From positions 7,506 to 71,505 of the IMG/VR virus record IMGVR_UViG_3300038321_000292: a stretch of DNA of 64,000 nt. The stretch is one strand, 5' to 3'. Numbering within the stretch: the stretch's first letter is position 1; each line of letters starts with the position of its first letter. Below, piece after piece: positions 10,818 through 20,058 of the stretch. Below the pieces are notes generated by a model. The model worked only from the letters and a program-made list of their open reading frames with translations. It was not told the DNA's origin and searched no databases. The translations under genes and the position numbers were made by a program. This DNA comes from a virus. Its lineage: Duplodnaviria; Caudoviricetes.

Positions 10818-11496
10818 ACTTTAAACTTATTTTGTGATTGGATGGGTTTAATCCATCACTTGTATGTATATATACTAAATTGTTTATAGTATCATAATAA
10901 TAACTGGAATCTGTTTTATCTACTTTGAATGCTCCTAGTACATTTTGGTATCCTGTGTTATTATCTTCTTCTGTTACTCCTATTATATTGTTTAGATTGG
11001 TTGTTTGGTAAGTGTTAACATATCCTTGGCTTTTTGTCCATCCTGTGCTAATGCTTAAAGTGTTTAATTTATATGTGTATACTATTGTGAATGTACTGGT
11101 AATTGGTATATCTATTTTTTCATGTACATCACGACTTATTAATACTCCATTACTGGTTGCTACTCCTATTTCAGTAGTACCATTTATACGGTTACTGTTG
11201 AATGTTGCTTTAAGTATTATTGAATTAGTACTTGAATCAGATGATAAGTTGGGTGTTGCACTGTTTCCTGTGAATAGTACATCATCTTTTCTTGGTAGAT
11301 TTGTACCGGTTCCAACTATAATGTTTTTAATTAAATCAACATCATTAGTTATCCATCGTTTAAGGAAGTAATCTACACCTGCACTTGTTATTAAGTTATG
11401 TTTTTTTAAGATTACAGTACTGTAATCATGAAACATTGTTGGAATATGAATAATATATTCATATTCTCCTGTAATATTTATTTTATCCATATCCAT
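10795..11496 (-). CDS. Tail collar/fibre-attachment-like protein
   Basis: HNLITSAG...IIVGTGT...TEIGV...LISR pattern typical of phage tail-collar fibre N-termini. Confidence 0.65.
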   Translation of the reverse strand: MDMDKINITGEYEYIIHIPTMFHDYSTVILKKHNLITSAGVDYFLKRWITNDVDLIKNIIVGTGTNLPRKDDVLFTGNSATPNLSSDSSTNSIILKATFNSNRINGTTEIGVATSNGVLISRDVHEKIDIPITSTFTIVYTYKLNTLSISTGWTKSQGYVNTYQTTNLNNIIGVTEEDNNTGYQNVLGAFKVDKTDSSYYYDTINNLVYIHTSDGLNPSNHKISLKYAEGTNE

Positions 11497-11524
11497 CTCA
11501 TTTTTTTAAAATTGTTTTTATTAT

Positions 11525-12118
11525 TCATAATTTCTTAATAGGATACTGTGTAGGTACAAATGTTTTAAGTGATGTCCAATAACTTCCAGGTTTAATAATA
11601 ATTTTTAAATAAATTGTACCATACATATTACTAACATCTATATTATTACTATCATACTTTCTTAACAATTCATTATTTGCACTATACATTTCATAGAAGC
11701 AACCTACAAGTTTACTTTCTAATGAAATTGTTTTAACAACTCCTAAATTTAATAATTGTGTTTTAGCAGTACAATTCAATTCCCCATTTGATTCAAGATT
11801 ACCTGAATTATTTATTACACCATTTTGTACATCTATTAAATCATTAGGGGTTATTGTTTGTATAAGATTTTGCACGAGACAATAATAATCACTTAAAACA
11901 TTTACTTTATTAGTATCTTTACTTGTATCTGTTTGGAATTTTATGAAGTTCTTTTGACTCATAGGAAGAGCACGTGATACTACTTCCTCAGCTTCAGTAG
12001 AAATTGGAATATGACGATTTTTTGGTATTTTATCATAGTTAATGTTTATATCATATACATTTGGATTCCAATTTTCTTTTGTATACATATATTTTTTAGG
12101 ACATGTTTGTTTGGTCAA
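11525..12118 (-). CDS. Hypothetical tail-module protein
   Basis: 197 aa ORF within the tail operon. Confidence 0.6.
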   Translation of the reverse strand: MTKQTCPKKYMYTKENWNPNVYDININYDKIPKNRHIPISTEAEEVVSRALPMSQKNFIKFQTDTSKDTNKVNVLSDYYCLVQNLIQTITPNDLIDVQNGVINNSGNLESNGELNCTAKTQLLNLGVVKTISLESKLVGCFYEMYSANNELLRKYDSNNIDVSNMYGTIYLKIIIKPGSYWTSLKTFVPTQYPIKKL

Positions 12119-12149
12119 ATGTGAATCCCATCAATTTGTAAAAATATTC

Positions 12150-12668
12150 TTATTCTACAATGTATACTAACGTGAAGTTTATATCATTCCATGTTTGATT
12201 ATATGTACCAGAACGTTCCAGACGATTATATAATGTGCTTCCACCAATACCAAAACTTAATGGGACTGCTGTTTTATATGTACTGTCAGTTAATATAATT
12301 TCATTATACCAGAATACATTTGCAGGAGGGGTGAAAATGTTTGCATATTCTCCAGTTGTTGGTAAATCTAACATTTTAAGGAATCCATTTAATCCATTAT
12401 CATAATCTCTTGAACCCATATGTACTCCATCAAGATCTATTCCTTTTAGTACACATGTTTTACCTGAACGGTATACACTTATACTTCCACTTGTGTTTTC
12501 GGTTCCGAGTAATACTTGTTTTGCGTAAATGTTTTCTACACTTTCACTTGTTACACTTACTGTTTCTAATATGTTTCCTGAAGCATCTTTTAATTTTACG
12601 ATTACTCCAGTATTTCCATTTCCATCTGTACCATCTATTGTTATTGTTGCACTGTTTGCGAGAGTCAT
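12150..12668 (-). CDS. Putative tail fibre tip/receptor-binding protein
   Basis: ISVYRSGKTCVL beta-strand pattern common in fibre C-terminal domains; position next to the adhesin. Confidence 0.5.
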   Translation of the reverse strand: MTLANSATITIDGTDGNGNTGVIVKLKDASGNILETVSVTSESVENIYAKQVLLGTENTSGSISVYRSGKTCVLKGIDLDGVHMGSRDYDNGLNGFLKMLDLPTTGEYANIFTPPANVFWYNEIILTDSTYKTAVPLSFGIGGSTLYNRLERSGTYNQTWNDINFTLVYIVE

Positions 12669-12753
12669 TTTGTTTCTATTTCTCCTTTTTTTGTAATAAT
12701 TTATTTATTGTGTATGTTTAGTTAAAAAATAAAAAAATTTAAAATTTAAGTTT

Positions 12754-15700
12754 TTAATTCCAATGTACTGTGAACATTGAAGTATTAGCATTGTATTGTC
12801 CAGATATTCCACTATAACTTACTGTTACTGTTATTGTTTCATTTACCCATTCATAATTCCATGCTGTACTCCAACTCACACTTCCATCAGTTGCTGTTGT
12901 ACTCCATTGTGTTTGATTTGCACCAGTTGCAGTACGTGTTGCTTTAATTGATACATGTTGTCCGATGATTGGGTTTCCTTGATAATCTTTCAAGTATACA
13001 GTAAATGTATCTCCCGGACTCATACTTGTAGGGGCTCCTGTAATGGTGGTTATTTTTGTATCATAACCTGTGATGATTACTGAAGAACTATCATTAGTAT
13101 TGTAATAATCATTTCCATTATAATGTGCATAGAAATACCATGAACCTCCTACTGTTGCTGTTGCAGTACTATTTAATACTGCTTTACCATTACTTATACT
13201 TACAGTACCTATTGGAATATATGAACTACTTGAACTTCCTTTCTGATAAAATGTTACATTACCTGTACAATCGGATGGTAAACTTGCAGTTAAACTATAA
13301 TTAGAACCTAAAGGAATACTATTACCACTACTTGTTAATGTGATACTTGGAGTTGTCTTAGTAACTGTTGGAACATATCCTGAAATACTAATTATGCCAC
13401 TGTCATTAGTGTTAAAGTTACTATCCCCATTATAATGTGCTGTGAAATTCCAAGTACCATTCACGGATATACTTGCAAGTTTACGGAGTGATGCTTTTCC
13501 ATTACTTATATTTGCGGTTCCAATATTTGTTCCTGCTTGATAAAATGTTACAGTACCAGTTGCACTTGTTGTGTTTAAAGTAGCTGTAAGAGTGTAGTAA
13601 TTACCATTTGCAACATTATAAGTATCACTAGTTAATGTAACTGTTGGTGTAAGTTTTGTAACTGTTGGTTTTGGATAAGTAACAACAGTAGTTTCTTTAC
13701 TATCTCCTGAAACATAAGTTGATCCATTATACCCATATTTCACAGTATCAGTTCTTGAACTTCCAGGTATACTTAAATTCAATGTAATATACGCGTAACC
13801 ATTATTATCTGTTGTTAAGTTATAGGTGTTAATGTAAACACTTGCACCAATAATAGGTTTACCTTTATCATCATATAAGTAAACTCCAAGGTTTTCACCA
13901 TTAGTTAAAGTATGTGATTCCGGTACAAGTTTAATACTGCTTGTATGTTGTTTAACAGTTAATGTTGTACTATTAGGTGTTGCTTTATTATAATTTTCAT
14001 CACCATCAAAACTTGCTGTGAATGTAACATTCTGTACATTTAACTCTATGAGTAAACGATATACTCCATTACCCATACTTGTAGCAGTATACTTTTTACT
14101 AAGATTACTTGTTAACGTGAAATAAACATTTTTATCACTTAAAGGATTACCATTTTCATCTGTTAATGTAGCATAAATATATTCCCCACGATAAACAATA
14201 TTTGTATTACATAAAATATTAGTATTAATCTTAGTTGTAGCAGTATAAGTTACATTAACATTATTACTTGTAGAATTATTATATCCACTATCACCACTAT
14301 AACTAGCACTATATACATATGTTCCAGCAGTACTTTTTGTTGTAGGAGCAGGTAAAGTAGCAATCCCTTCAGTATTTGTTGTACCATATGCAAAATGTGA
14401 ACCATTACATTTAAAATCAATTATTCTACCAACAATAAGATTATTAGTGCTAGATTTTAATGTAGCTTCTAAATTAACATTTTGATTAATACTACAATTT
14501 GTAGGATTAGCTACTAAACTTAAAACTGTTGAGATGTAAATATAACGCTTAACAACACTACTAGTACATGAATCATAAACATTATTTCCCTCATATACTG
14601 CTTTGAATAATTGTATGTTCTTAGAGTTTTCAACACTTGTAGGAGTATATTTAAATATGCTTTTTCCACCTGTATTTAAGTTAGCATAGCCAATTAAAAT
14701 ATCCCCTCGATAATAATATACTTTACCTGAAGTTATAGGTGTTCCATCTTTACTTGTTACTATTGCAGTTAAATCATAAGTAGAACCTACAAAAAGATTG
14801 TTATAATCAATTAATAATGTTATATTCGTATTACTTGTATTAACACTTGTAACATTAATATCTAAAATTTCAGAGGTGCTTGTAGCATAACCACTTGTTC
14901 CTTCAAATACTGCTTTTATATTCTTTATTTCTGGAGAACTTGTTATTTTAGCACAAGTATAAGTATATCTTGCCTTACCCTCTTCATCAGTTTGACAGGT
15001 TGCAAGTACTGTTGTACCATCATAAAATTTAAGATAACGTCCAATTACAGGATCATTATTACTATCAATTAATGTAGCAGTTAAAACACTTTTACCCTCA
15101 TCACTAGTATTATCAGTAGTTATACTATTCTTACTACTGGTTAGAGTTAATGTTGTTGTTAATTGGGTTGTTGGTTCATCTGGAATACCATTGTTCCTTA
15201 CTGGATAAACTTGTGCTGTTACAGTATTATAATCAGTACTTCCAGGATAATAAAGTGTAATAATATCAGATTCAGTGTAATTTGGTAATCTTACAACATG
15301 AGTCCAATGTTTACCTGTACCTGTACTAACAGCTCCTCCACTAATAGTAGTACCATTCTTTTGTACTTTAACATCAGTATTACTTAAACTTGTACCATTT
15401 GCATCGTGAAGTCCACATAATACATATTGGGGGTTGATGAAGATGTAGTTAAAGAAAGTGTCTAAAGCTCCTGTACTAACTGTTAATTTAGTTAGTAGGT
15501 TAGAACTTTCATAATTAGTATCTCCTTCATATTCAATTAGTAAAGGGTAAACTCCTATAGTTAATGGGGTATAATCCACACTAACTATTCCATCAGTGTT
15601 TGTAAGTTCTGTAAGTTTTGTTGTATTGTTTATAGTGAATTTAACTTTAGCATTAGTAATAGGATTATTATCTTTATCTGTTAAGGTAGCTTTAATCTTA

Positions 15701-18039
15701 TTAAGAGTATTAACTTTAAGTTTATCAGTATTTAAAACTATTTTACTTGTTTTTAAATCTCCAGTATTTGTTAAAACTACAGCACTACTTTTAAGGTAGA
15801 AATCTTCAACACCTTCGAAATTTAATGTTAAAATATCATTATTATTAAAACTTGGAATATTATTGATAATAGTCCAGCCTTTAGTAGTAATAACAGTTTT
15901 AATTAATGTACTATTCTTTTTCAAGATAACAGTTTGATTATCTAAAACTTTTCCATTAGCATCATGTAACCTGAAAGCAACAAGTGATGGGTTGATGAAA
16001 ACATCATTAAAAAAGGTTTCAATAGGTTCACTTGGAGTATCTATAAGAATTTCTTCAGGAGTTGGATAAATAACACAACTGCTTTTCTCATGTGTTTCAT
16101 CACCCTCAAATACTGCAGTAATAGTATCCTTTGCAGTATAAGATGGTAATGGTTTTGGAATAATAATATACTTAGTTTGACGTGAAATTATACTATCAAT
16201 TGCTTGATTATTTAATAAGATTTTAATAGTTTTATCATTAAGGAAATTAAAATCCTCATCAAAGATACGTAAACCTACATAATTTTTCATAAGAAAAAGA
16301 TAAGTTAACTCTGTCTGTATAAGAGCATCAGTTACCTTTAAAGTGAATTCACCATAATTCGGTGCAAAATAATCATCTCCACTATAAGTTGCTTTTACCT
16401 GATAAGAACCAGGATTCATAGTGAAAGGAATTAAATATTGAGTTATTGCTTCATTCTTATAATCGAAGTGCCAATTAGGATTTTCAAGATAACCTATAAG
16501 ATTACTAGTAACATCTTTACCATTAATACTAAAACTAATAGTACCAGTAATATTATCCTCTTTATTCCCACTACTAACATAAGCACTAAGGAAAATATTA
16601 GTACCAAAAATTCCTTTAACATTTAAACCATGCACAGATACAGGTATACGTTTAACATCACTAACACTTGTACGAATACTACTATTATACTTACTTGTAC
16701 CCTCAAATAGTGCAGTAACAGTTATTATTCCCTTAACTGATGGAGTGTATTTTAATACTGCACGATTGTTCTGTATTTTAACAGTTTCACGATACTCCTT
16801 ACCATTACTATCAGTTATTTTAAATGTAACATTACCTGCACTTACAATATTAATAGTATCTTTCTCTAATACTACTACTATGATTTTCTTTTCACGATTA
16901 ATGTTAAAAGTATTAGTACTAGTGAAACTAGTAGTAGTGTCAAGTTTCACTCCATCACCATCATCAGGACATGTTCCAGAACGCATATAAGTAATGTCTT
17001 GTTTAGCAAGATAAGTATCACGATTTACTAATTCACTTATAATACCATAAAACTTATACAATTCAAGTATAGGTAAATCTGTAGTGTCTAAATTGGTTAA
17101 ATAATATTTTAATCGGTTAGCATAATGATAATCATCTTCAGTTAAACAATTATTATAAGAAGGTTCAGTATTAGCATAGAATTCAGTGAAATTAAGAGTA
17201 CTTGTGTAAGGTATAAATTGTGAACGTGGAAAATTACTTCTACGACCAATATTATCAAGAGCATAATCATGATCATAAATATCAGGATAAAACTTATTCC
17301 CTTGAACACTTATTCTTTCAGTATACTCCTTATTATTCTCAGTATAAGTTACAATGAAAATATAATTACTGTTCAATATTTCTGTTTCAGGAGCACTGAA
17401 ACTATAACTCCAATTATTTGGATATGGGCGATTTTCATCAGGATTAAATACTTCATCTACTGTGATAAGATTATTTACAAGTATTTGTGCTTCTTTAATA
17501 CTTTTCAAATTGTTAGTACTAAATGTTATATCATACAAACCTTGATTATTAAGTTCTCGACTGATGTTTAAATGATCATTAACTGTTCTATCATTTTCAG
17601 GGAAACCTTTAGTGAAACTATATTCATCATAAGTTTCTACTGTTACATAATAATGTGTAGATGGTATTTCATTTTCAGATGTTGTAATGTATTCGTAAAA
17701 GAATTCATTTGTTTCATCAGCATAATTGTAAGTTTCTTGGTAAATTAATTCATCATTAGTTGCCCAGTTTTCTTTATAAATTTTTACACTTTTAAGATTA
17801 TTTAAGTTTATACGAAAGAAAATAGAGTAATCATATGCTTCATTTTGTTCTTTCCAAATTTGTATTGGACGATCTAAGTTTTCTTGTAATCGTAATTTTT
17901 CAAGTAAAATTTTTAATGGTAAGAATTGTTTGCTTATTGTGTTTACAAATTTGTATTGTGTTGTTTCTGGTAATCTTGTTATGAAGTTAGGATAATAATT
18001 TAATAATTTTTTTAATATTGTTTCTGGTTGATTACTCAT
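12754..18039 (-). CDS. Baseplate wedge-like N-terminus fused to many Ig-like (methanogen adhesin-like) repeats
   Basis: LDNIGRRSNFPR...EDDYHYANRL resembles gpI/gp7-type wedge proteins; followed by repeated ~95-100 aa T-x-L-T-L...A-x-Y/F-x-G-D/N Ig-like units. Confidence 0.75.
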   Translation of the reverse strand: MSNQPETILKKLLNYYPNFITRLPETTQYKFVNTISKQFLPLKILLEKLRLQENLDRPIQIWKEQNEAYDYSIFFRINLNNLKSVKIYKENWATNDELIYQETYNYADETNEFFYEYITTSENEIPSTHYYVTVETYDEYSFTKGFPENDRTVNDHLNISRELNNQGLYDITFSTNNLKSIKEAQILVNNLITVDEVFNPDENRPYPNNWSYSFSAPETEILNSNYIFIVTYTENNKEYTERISVQGNKFYPDIYDHDYALDNIGRRSNFPRSQFIPYTSTLNFTEFYANTEPSYNNCLTEDDYHYANRLKYYLTNLDTTDLPILELYKFYGIISELVNRDTYLAKQDITYMRSGTCPDDGDGVKLDTTTSFTSTNTFNINREKKIIVVVLEKDTINIVSAGNVTFKITDSNGKEYRETVKIQNNRAVLKYTPSVKGIITVTALFEGTSKYNSSIRTSVSDVKRIPVSVHGLNVKGIFGTNIFLSAYVSSGNKEDNITGTISFSINGKDVTSNLIGYLENPNWHFDYKNEAITQYLIPFTMNPGSYQVKATYSGDDYFAPNYGEFTLKVTDALIQTELTYLFLMKNYVGLRIFDEDFNFLNDKTIKILLNNQAIDSIISRQTKYIIIPKPLPSYTAKDTITAVFEGDETHEKSSCVIYPTPEEILIDTPSEPIETFFNDVFINPSLVAFRLHDANGKVLDNQTVILKKNSTLIKTVITTKGWTIINNIPSFNNNDILTLNFEGVEDFYLKSSAVVLTNTGDLKTSKIVLNTDKLKVNTLNKIKATLTDKDNNPITNAKVKFTINNTTKLTELTNTDGIVSVDYTPLTIGVYPLLIEYEGDTNYESSNLLTKLTVSTGALDTFFNYIFINPQYVLCGLHDANGTSLSNTDVKVQKNGTTISGGAVSTGTGKHWTHVVRLPNYTESDIITLYYPGSTDYNTVTAQVYPVRNNGIPDEPTTQLTTTLTLTSSKNSITTDNTSDEGKSVLTATLIDSNNDPVIGRYLKFYDGTTVLATCQTDEEGKARYTYTCAKITSSPEIKNIKAVFEGTSGYATSTSEILDINVTSVNTSNTNITLLIDYNNLFVGSTYDLTAIVTSKDGTPITSGKVYYYRGDILIGYANLNTGGKSIFKYTPTSVENSKNIQLFKAVYEGNNVYDSCTSSVVKRYIYISTVLSLVANPTNCSINQNVNLEATLKSSTNNLIVGRIIDFKCNGSHFAYGTTNTEGIATLPAPTTKSTAGTYVYSASYSGDSGYNNSTSNNVNVTYTATTKINTNILCNTNIVYRGEYIYATLTDENGNPLSDKNVYFTLTSNLSKKYTATSMGNGVYRLLIELNVQNVTFTASFDGDENYNKATPNSTTLTVKQHTSSIKLVPESHTLTNGENLGVYLYDDKGKPIIGASVYINTYNLTTDNNGYAYITLNLSIPGSSRTDTVKYGYNGSTYVSGDSKETTVVTYPKPTVTKLTPTVTLTSDTYNVANGNYYTLTATLNTTSATGTVTFYQAGTNIGTANISNGKASLRKLASISVNGTWNFTAHYNGDSNFNTNDSGIISISGYVPTVTKTTPSITLTSSGNSIPLGSNYSLTASLPSDCTGNVTFYQKGSSSSSYIPIGTVSISNGKAVLNSTATATVGGSWYFYAHYNGNDYYNTNDSSSVIITGYDTKITTITGAPTSMSPGDTFTVYLKDYQGNPIIGQHVSIKATRTATGANQTQWSTTATDGSVSWSTAWNYEWVNETITVTVSYSGISGQYNANTSMFTVHWN

Positions 18040-18094
18040 TTTTCACCTCCATATATTGTGTTATGTTTTAATATTATAATCTCTCCATTTTTTT

Positions 18095-19297
18095 TTATTG
18101 TACTGTTACTGTTAAGTTTTCAAGGTTTGTTATTGCCATTTCATCTTCTTTTATTTCTATTGGTGTTAATGGGCTTGTAAATGTTATATCTTTGATTTCA
18201 TCAATGATTAGGTTAAGATAGCTTCCTGCTTGGTATGGTATGAAGTCTTCACCTATGCCTAATCCATTATATCCTAAATCACTATCCCCCATTATATAAT
18301 TGTATAATCCTTTTTTGATTCTTTCACCTATTTCTGTTTTCTCTGCACTACTGTATTCTACTATACGGTCTATATCTACATTTACTGTGCATGATACTGT
18401 TATTTCTTTTTCTGTTGCACCTACAACAGTTACTGCTTCTTTACATAACCCTACATTATTGTCTATTTCATTTTTAACTCTTTTGATTAGTTCTGTTGTG
18501 TTCGGGTCTAGTACTACTTTTACTGTTCCTGGATAATTCCATTGAGGTATTAAGTAGTAACTGTCTAATCCATCTACTCTTTCTAAGTAATTTGTGTAGC
18601 ATGCGAGGTTTCCTTTTTGGAAACTGTAAACCCATTCTTTGAGTAGTGAACGATATTCTTCATCATCGTAGGCTGTTCGTCCTCCAGATGAACCTTTAAG
18701 GTTTATTGCGTAAATGTTTACATTATATTTGTTATCAATATTATCTATAATTTCAGATAATTCTTCTTGATCTACTCTTCCATCTAATCCTGCAGTTAGT
18801 GAACGACTGTTGACTTGTGTGTATCTGTATTCTTGTCCAGTGATGAGTATTGTTTTTGTACTTATTGAGGGTAATGTTACATCTTCGAGTGTTGCATAGA
18901 TTGGACCATCGGTTTTGTAGTTTCCTATTCGTGTTCCTTTTGGTATTATTATGTCTTTATCTGTAGGTGTTTTGATGTAGAATGTGATTACTGTTTCTGG
19001 ATATGTGGCTGGGGGTCTTGTGATTCCTTTTTCTTTTCCGATATTGTCGAGGTCGGTACTTGTTGCTTTGTCTATGTCTTTGGCATTGTAGATTAGTTCT
19101 GCATCGTCGTAGAAGAGGGATAGTTGGTATGCTATTATACTGTAATCTATTATGAGTATGTTTTCTATGTCTTCTTGGTTTTGCACATATTCGATGAAGT
19201 TTGTGTCTGTGCTGAGTAGTCCTTCTTGGTATGCGTCTATGAGTAAGGAGAGGAAGATTTCGTTGTATGTTCTTTTTTTGAAGTTTAGATTGTTCAT
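18095..19297 (-). CDS. Baseplate J-like wedge protein
   Basis: ATSTDLDNIG...R, GGRTAYDDEEYRSLL, PQWNYPGTVKVV motifs; about 400 aa. Confidence 0.88.
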   Translation of the reverse strand: MNNLNFKKRTYNEIFLSLLIDAYQEGLLSTDTNFIEYVQNQEDIENILIIDYSIIAYQLSLFYDDAELIYNAKDIDKATSTDLDNIGKEKGITRPPATYPETVITFYIKTPTDKDIIIPKGTRIGNYKTDGPIYATLEDVTLPSISTKTILITGQEYRYTQVNSRSLTAGLDGRVDQEELSEIIDNIDNKYNVNIYAINLKGSSGGRTAYDDEEYRSLLKEWVYSFQKGNLACYTNYLERVDGLDSYYLIPQWNYPGTVKVVLDPNTTELIKRVKNEIDNNVGLCKEAVTVVGATEKEITVSCTVNVDIDRIVEYSSAEKTEIGERIKKGLYNYIMGDSDLGYNGLGIGEDFIPYQAGSYLNLIIDEIKDITFTSPLTPIEIKEDEMAITNLENLTVTVQ

Positions 19298-19405
19298 TGT
19301 TTTTGTTTTCCTTTGTTTTTTTATATTCTCCTTTTTATATTTCTTTTATGAAGAATGGGCAGTTTTGTGGTTTTGTTTTTATTGTTTTTTTTATTAGTTG
19401 ATATT

Positions 19406-19792
19406 TTATTTTGTTAGTGAAGTATTTGCAGGGATTATAATATTATTATCTGTGGTTGCGATTATGCTGAAGGTCACAGTTACGAGTGGGTGTGTACCGG
19501 TTGGTCGTGGTATACCTAGTAGGTTGCCTAATATTTCTAAATCTGAACCTGTGGCTTTATCTATATCATTTGAGTTTATAATGGATTTCAGTGCATTGTA
19601 TTCTTGTTCATACTCCTGGGAATAGTTTGAGAGTGTTAGTATGTACATATTTTCAATATCAACACCATTTTCTATGTATTCGAGGAAATGAGTATCATCG
19701 CTTATGAGTCCTTGTTGATATGCGCGGGTTAGTAAATCAATAAATATTTCATTGTAAGTTTTTATTTTTGGGTTTATTGTATTATTTATCAT
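19406..19792 (-). CDS. Truncated paralogue of the baseplate J N-terminus
   Basis: Aligns by eye with residues 1-125 of 18095-19297 (TYNEIF..LL..AYQ.GL.S.DT.F.EY...DIEN...DIDKAT..DL...G...R). Confidence 0.75.
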   Translation of the reverse strand: MINNTINPKIKTYNEIFIDLLTRAYQQGLISDDTHFLEYIENGVDIENMYILTLSNYSQEYEQEYNALKSIINSNDIDKATGSDLEILGNLLGIPRPTGTHPLVTVTFSIIATTDNNIIIPANTSLTK

Positions 19793-19947
19793 TTAATATT
19801 TACCTCCTCCTTGTAATTGTAGCATTCATATTGATTATTATTCTTGTATAATGCTAAGTCGCATTCGTTTGTTTGTTCAAGTTTACAGTTTACACATTGA
19901 TTAGCGTAAACTTGTTGGTATCGATATTTTTCTTGTGTTTTGAAAAT
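19789..19947 (-). CDS. Cys4 microprotein, probable non-AUG (ATT) start (52 aa, not in ORF track)
   Basis: IFKTQEKYRYQQVYANQCVNCKLEQTNECDLALYKNNNQYECYNYKEEVNIK; homologous to 7989-8153; GGAGTTGA RBS; ATGA overlap with the next gene. Confidence 0.55.
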   Translation of the reverse strand: MFKTQEKYRYQQVYANQCVNCKLEQTNECDLALYKNNNQYECYNYKEEVNIK

Positions 19948-20058
19948 TCTTAATCAACTCCTTTTTTTTCAATATTATTTTTTTTATTATTTTAAAAGTA
20001 CATATAGTTAAAAATGTATATAATCCAATTTAAAAAAATAATAAAAAAGTTATGAATT

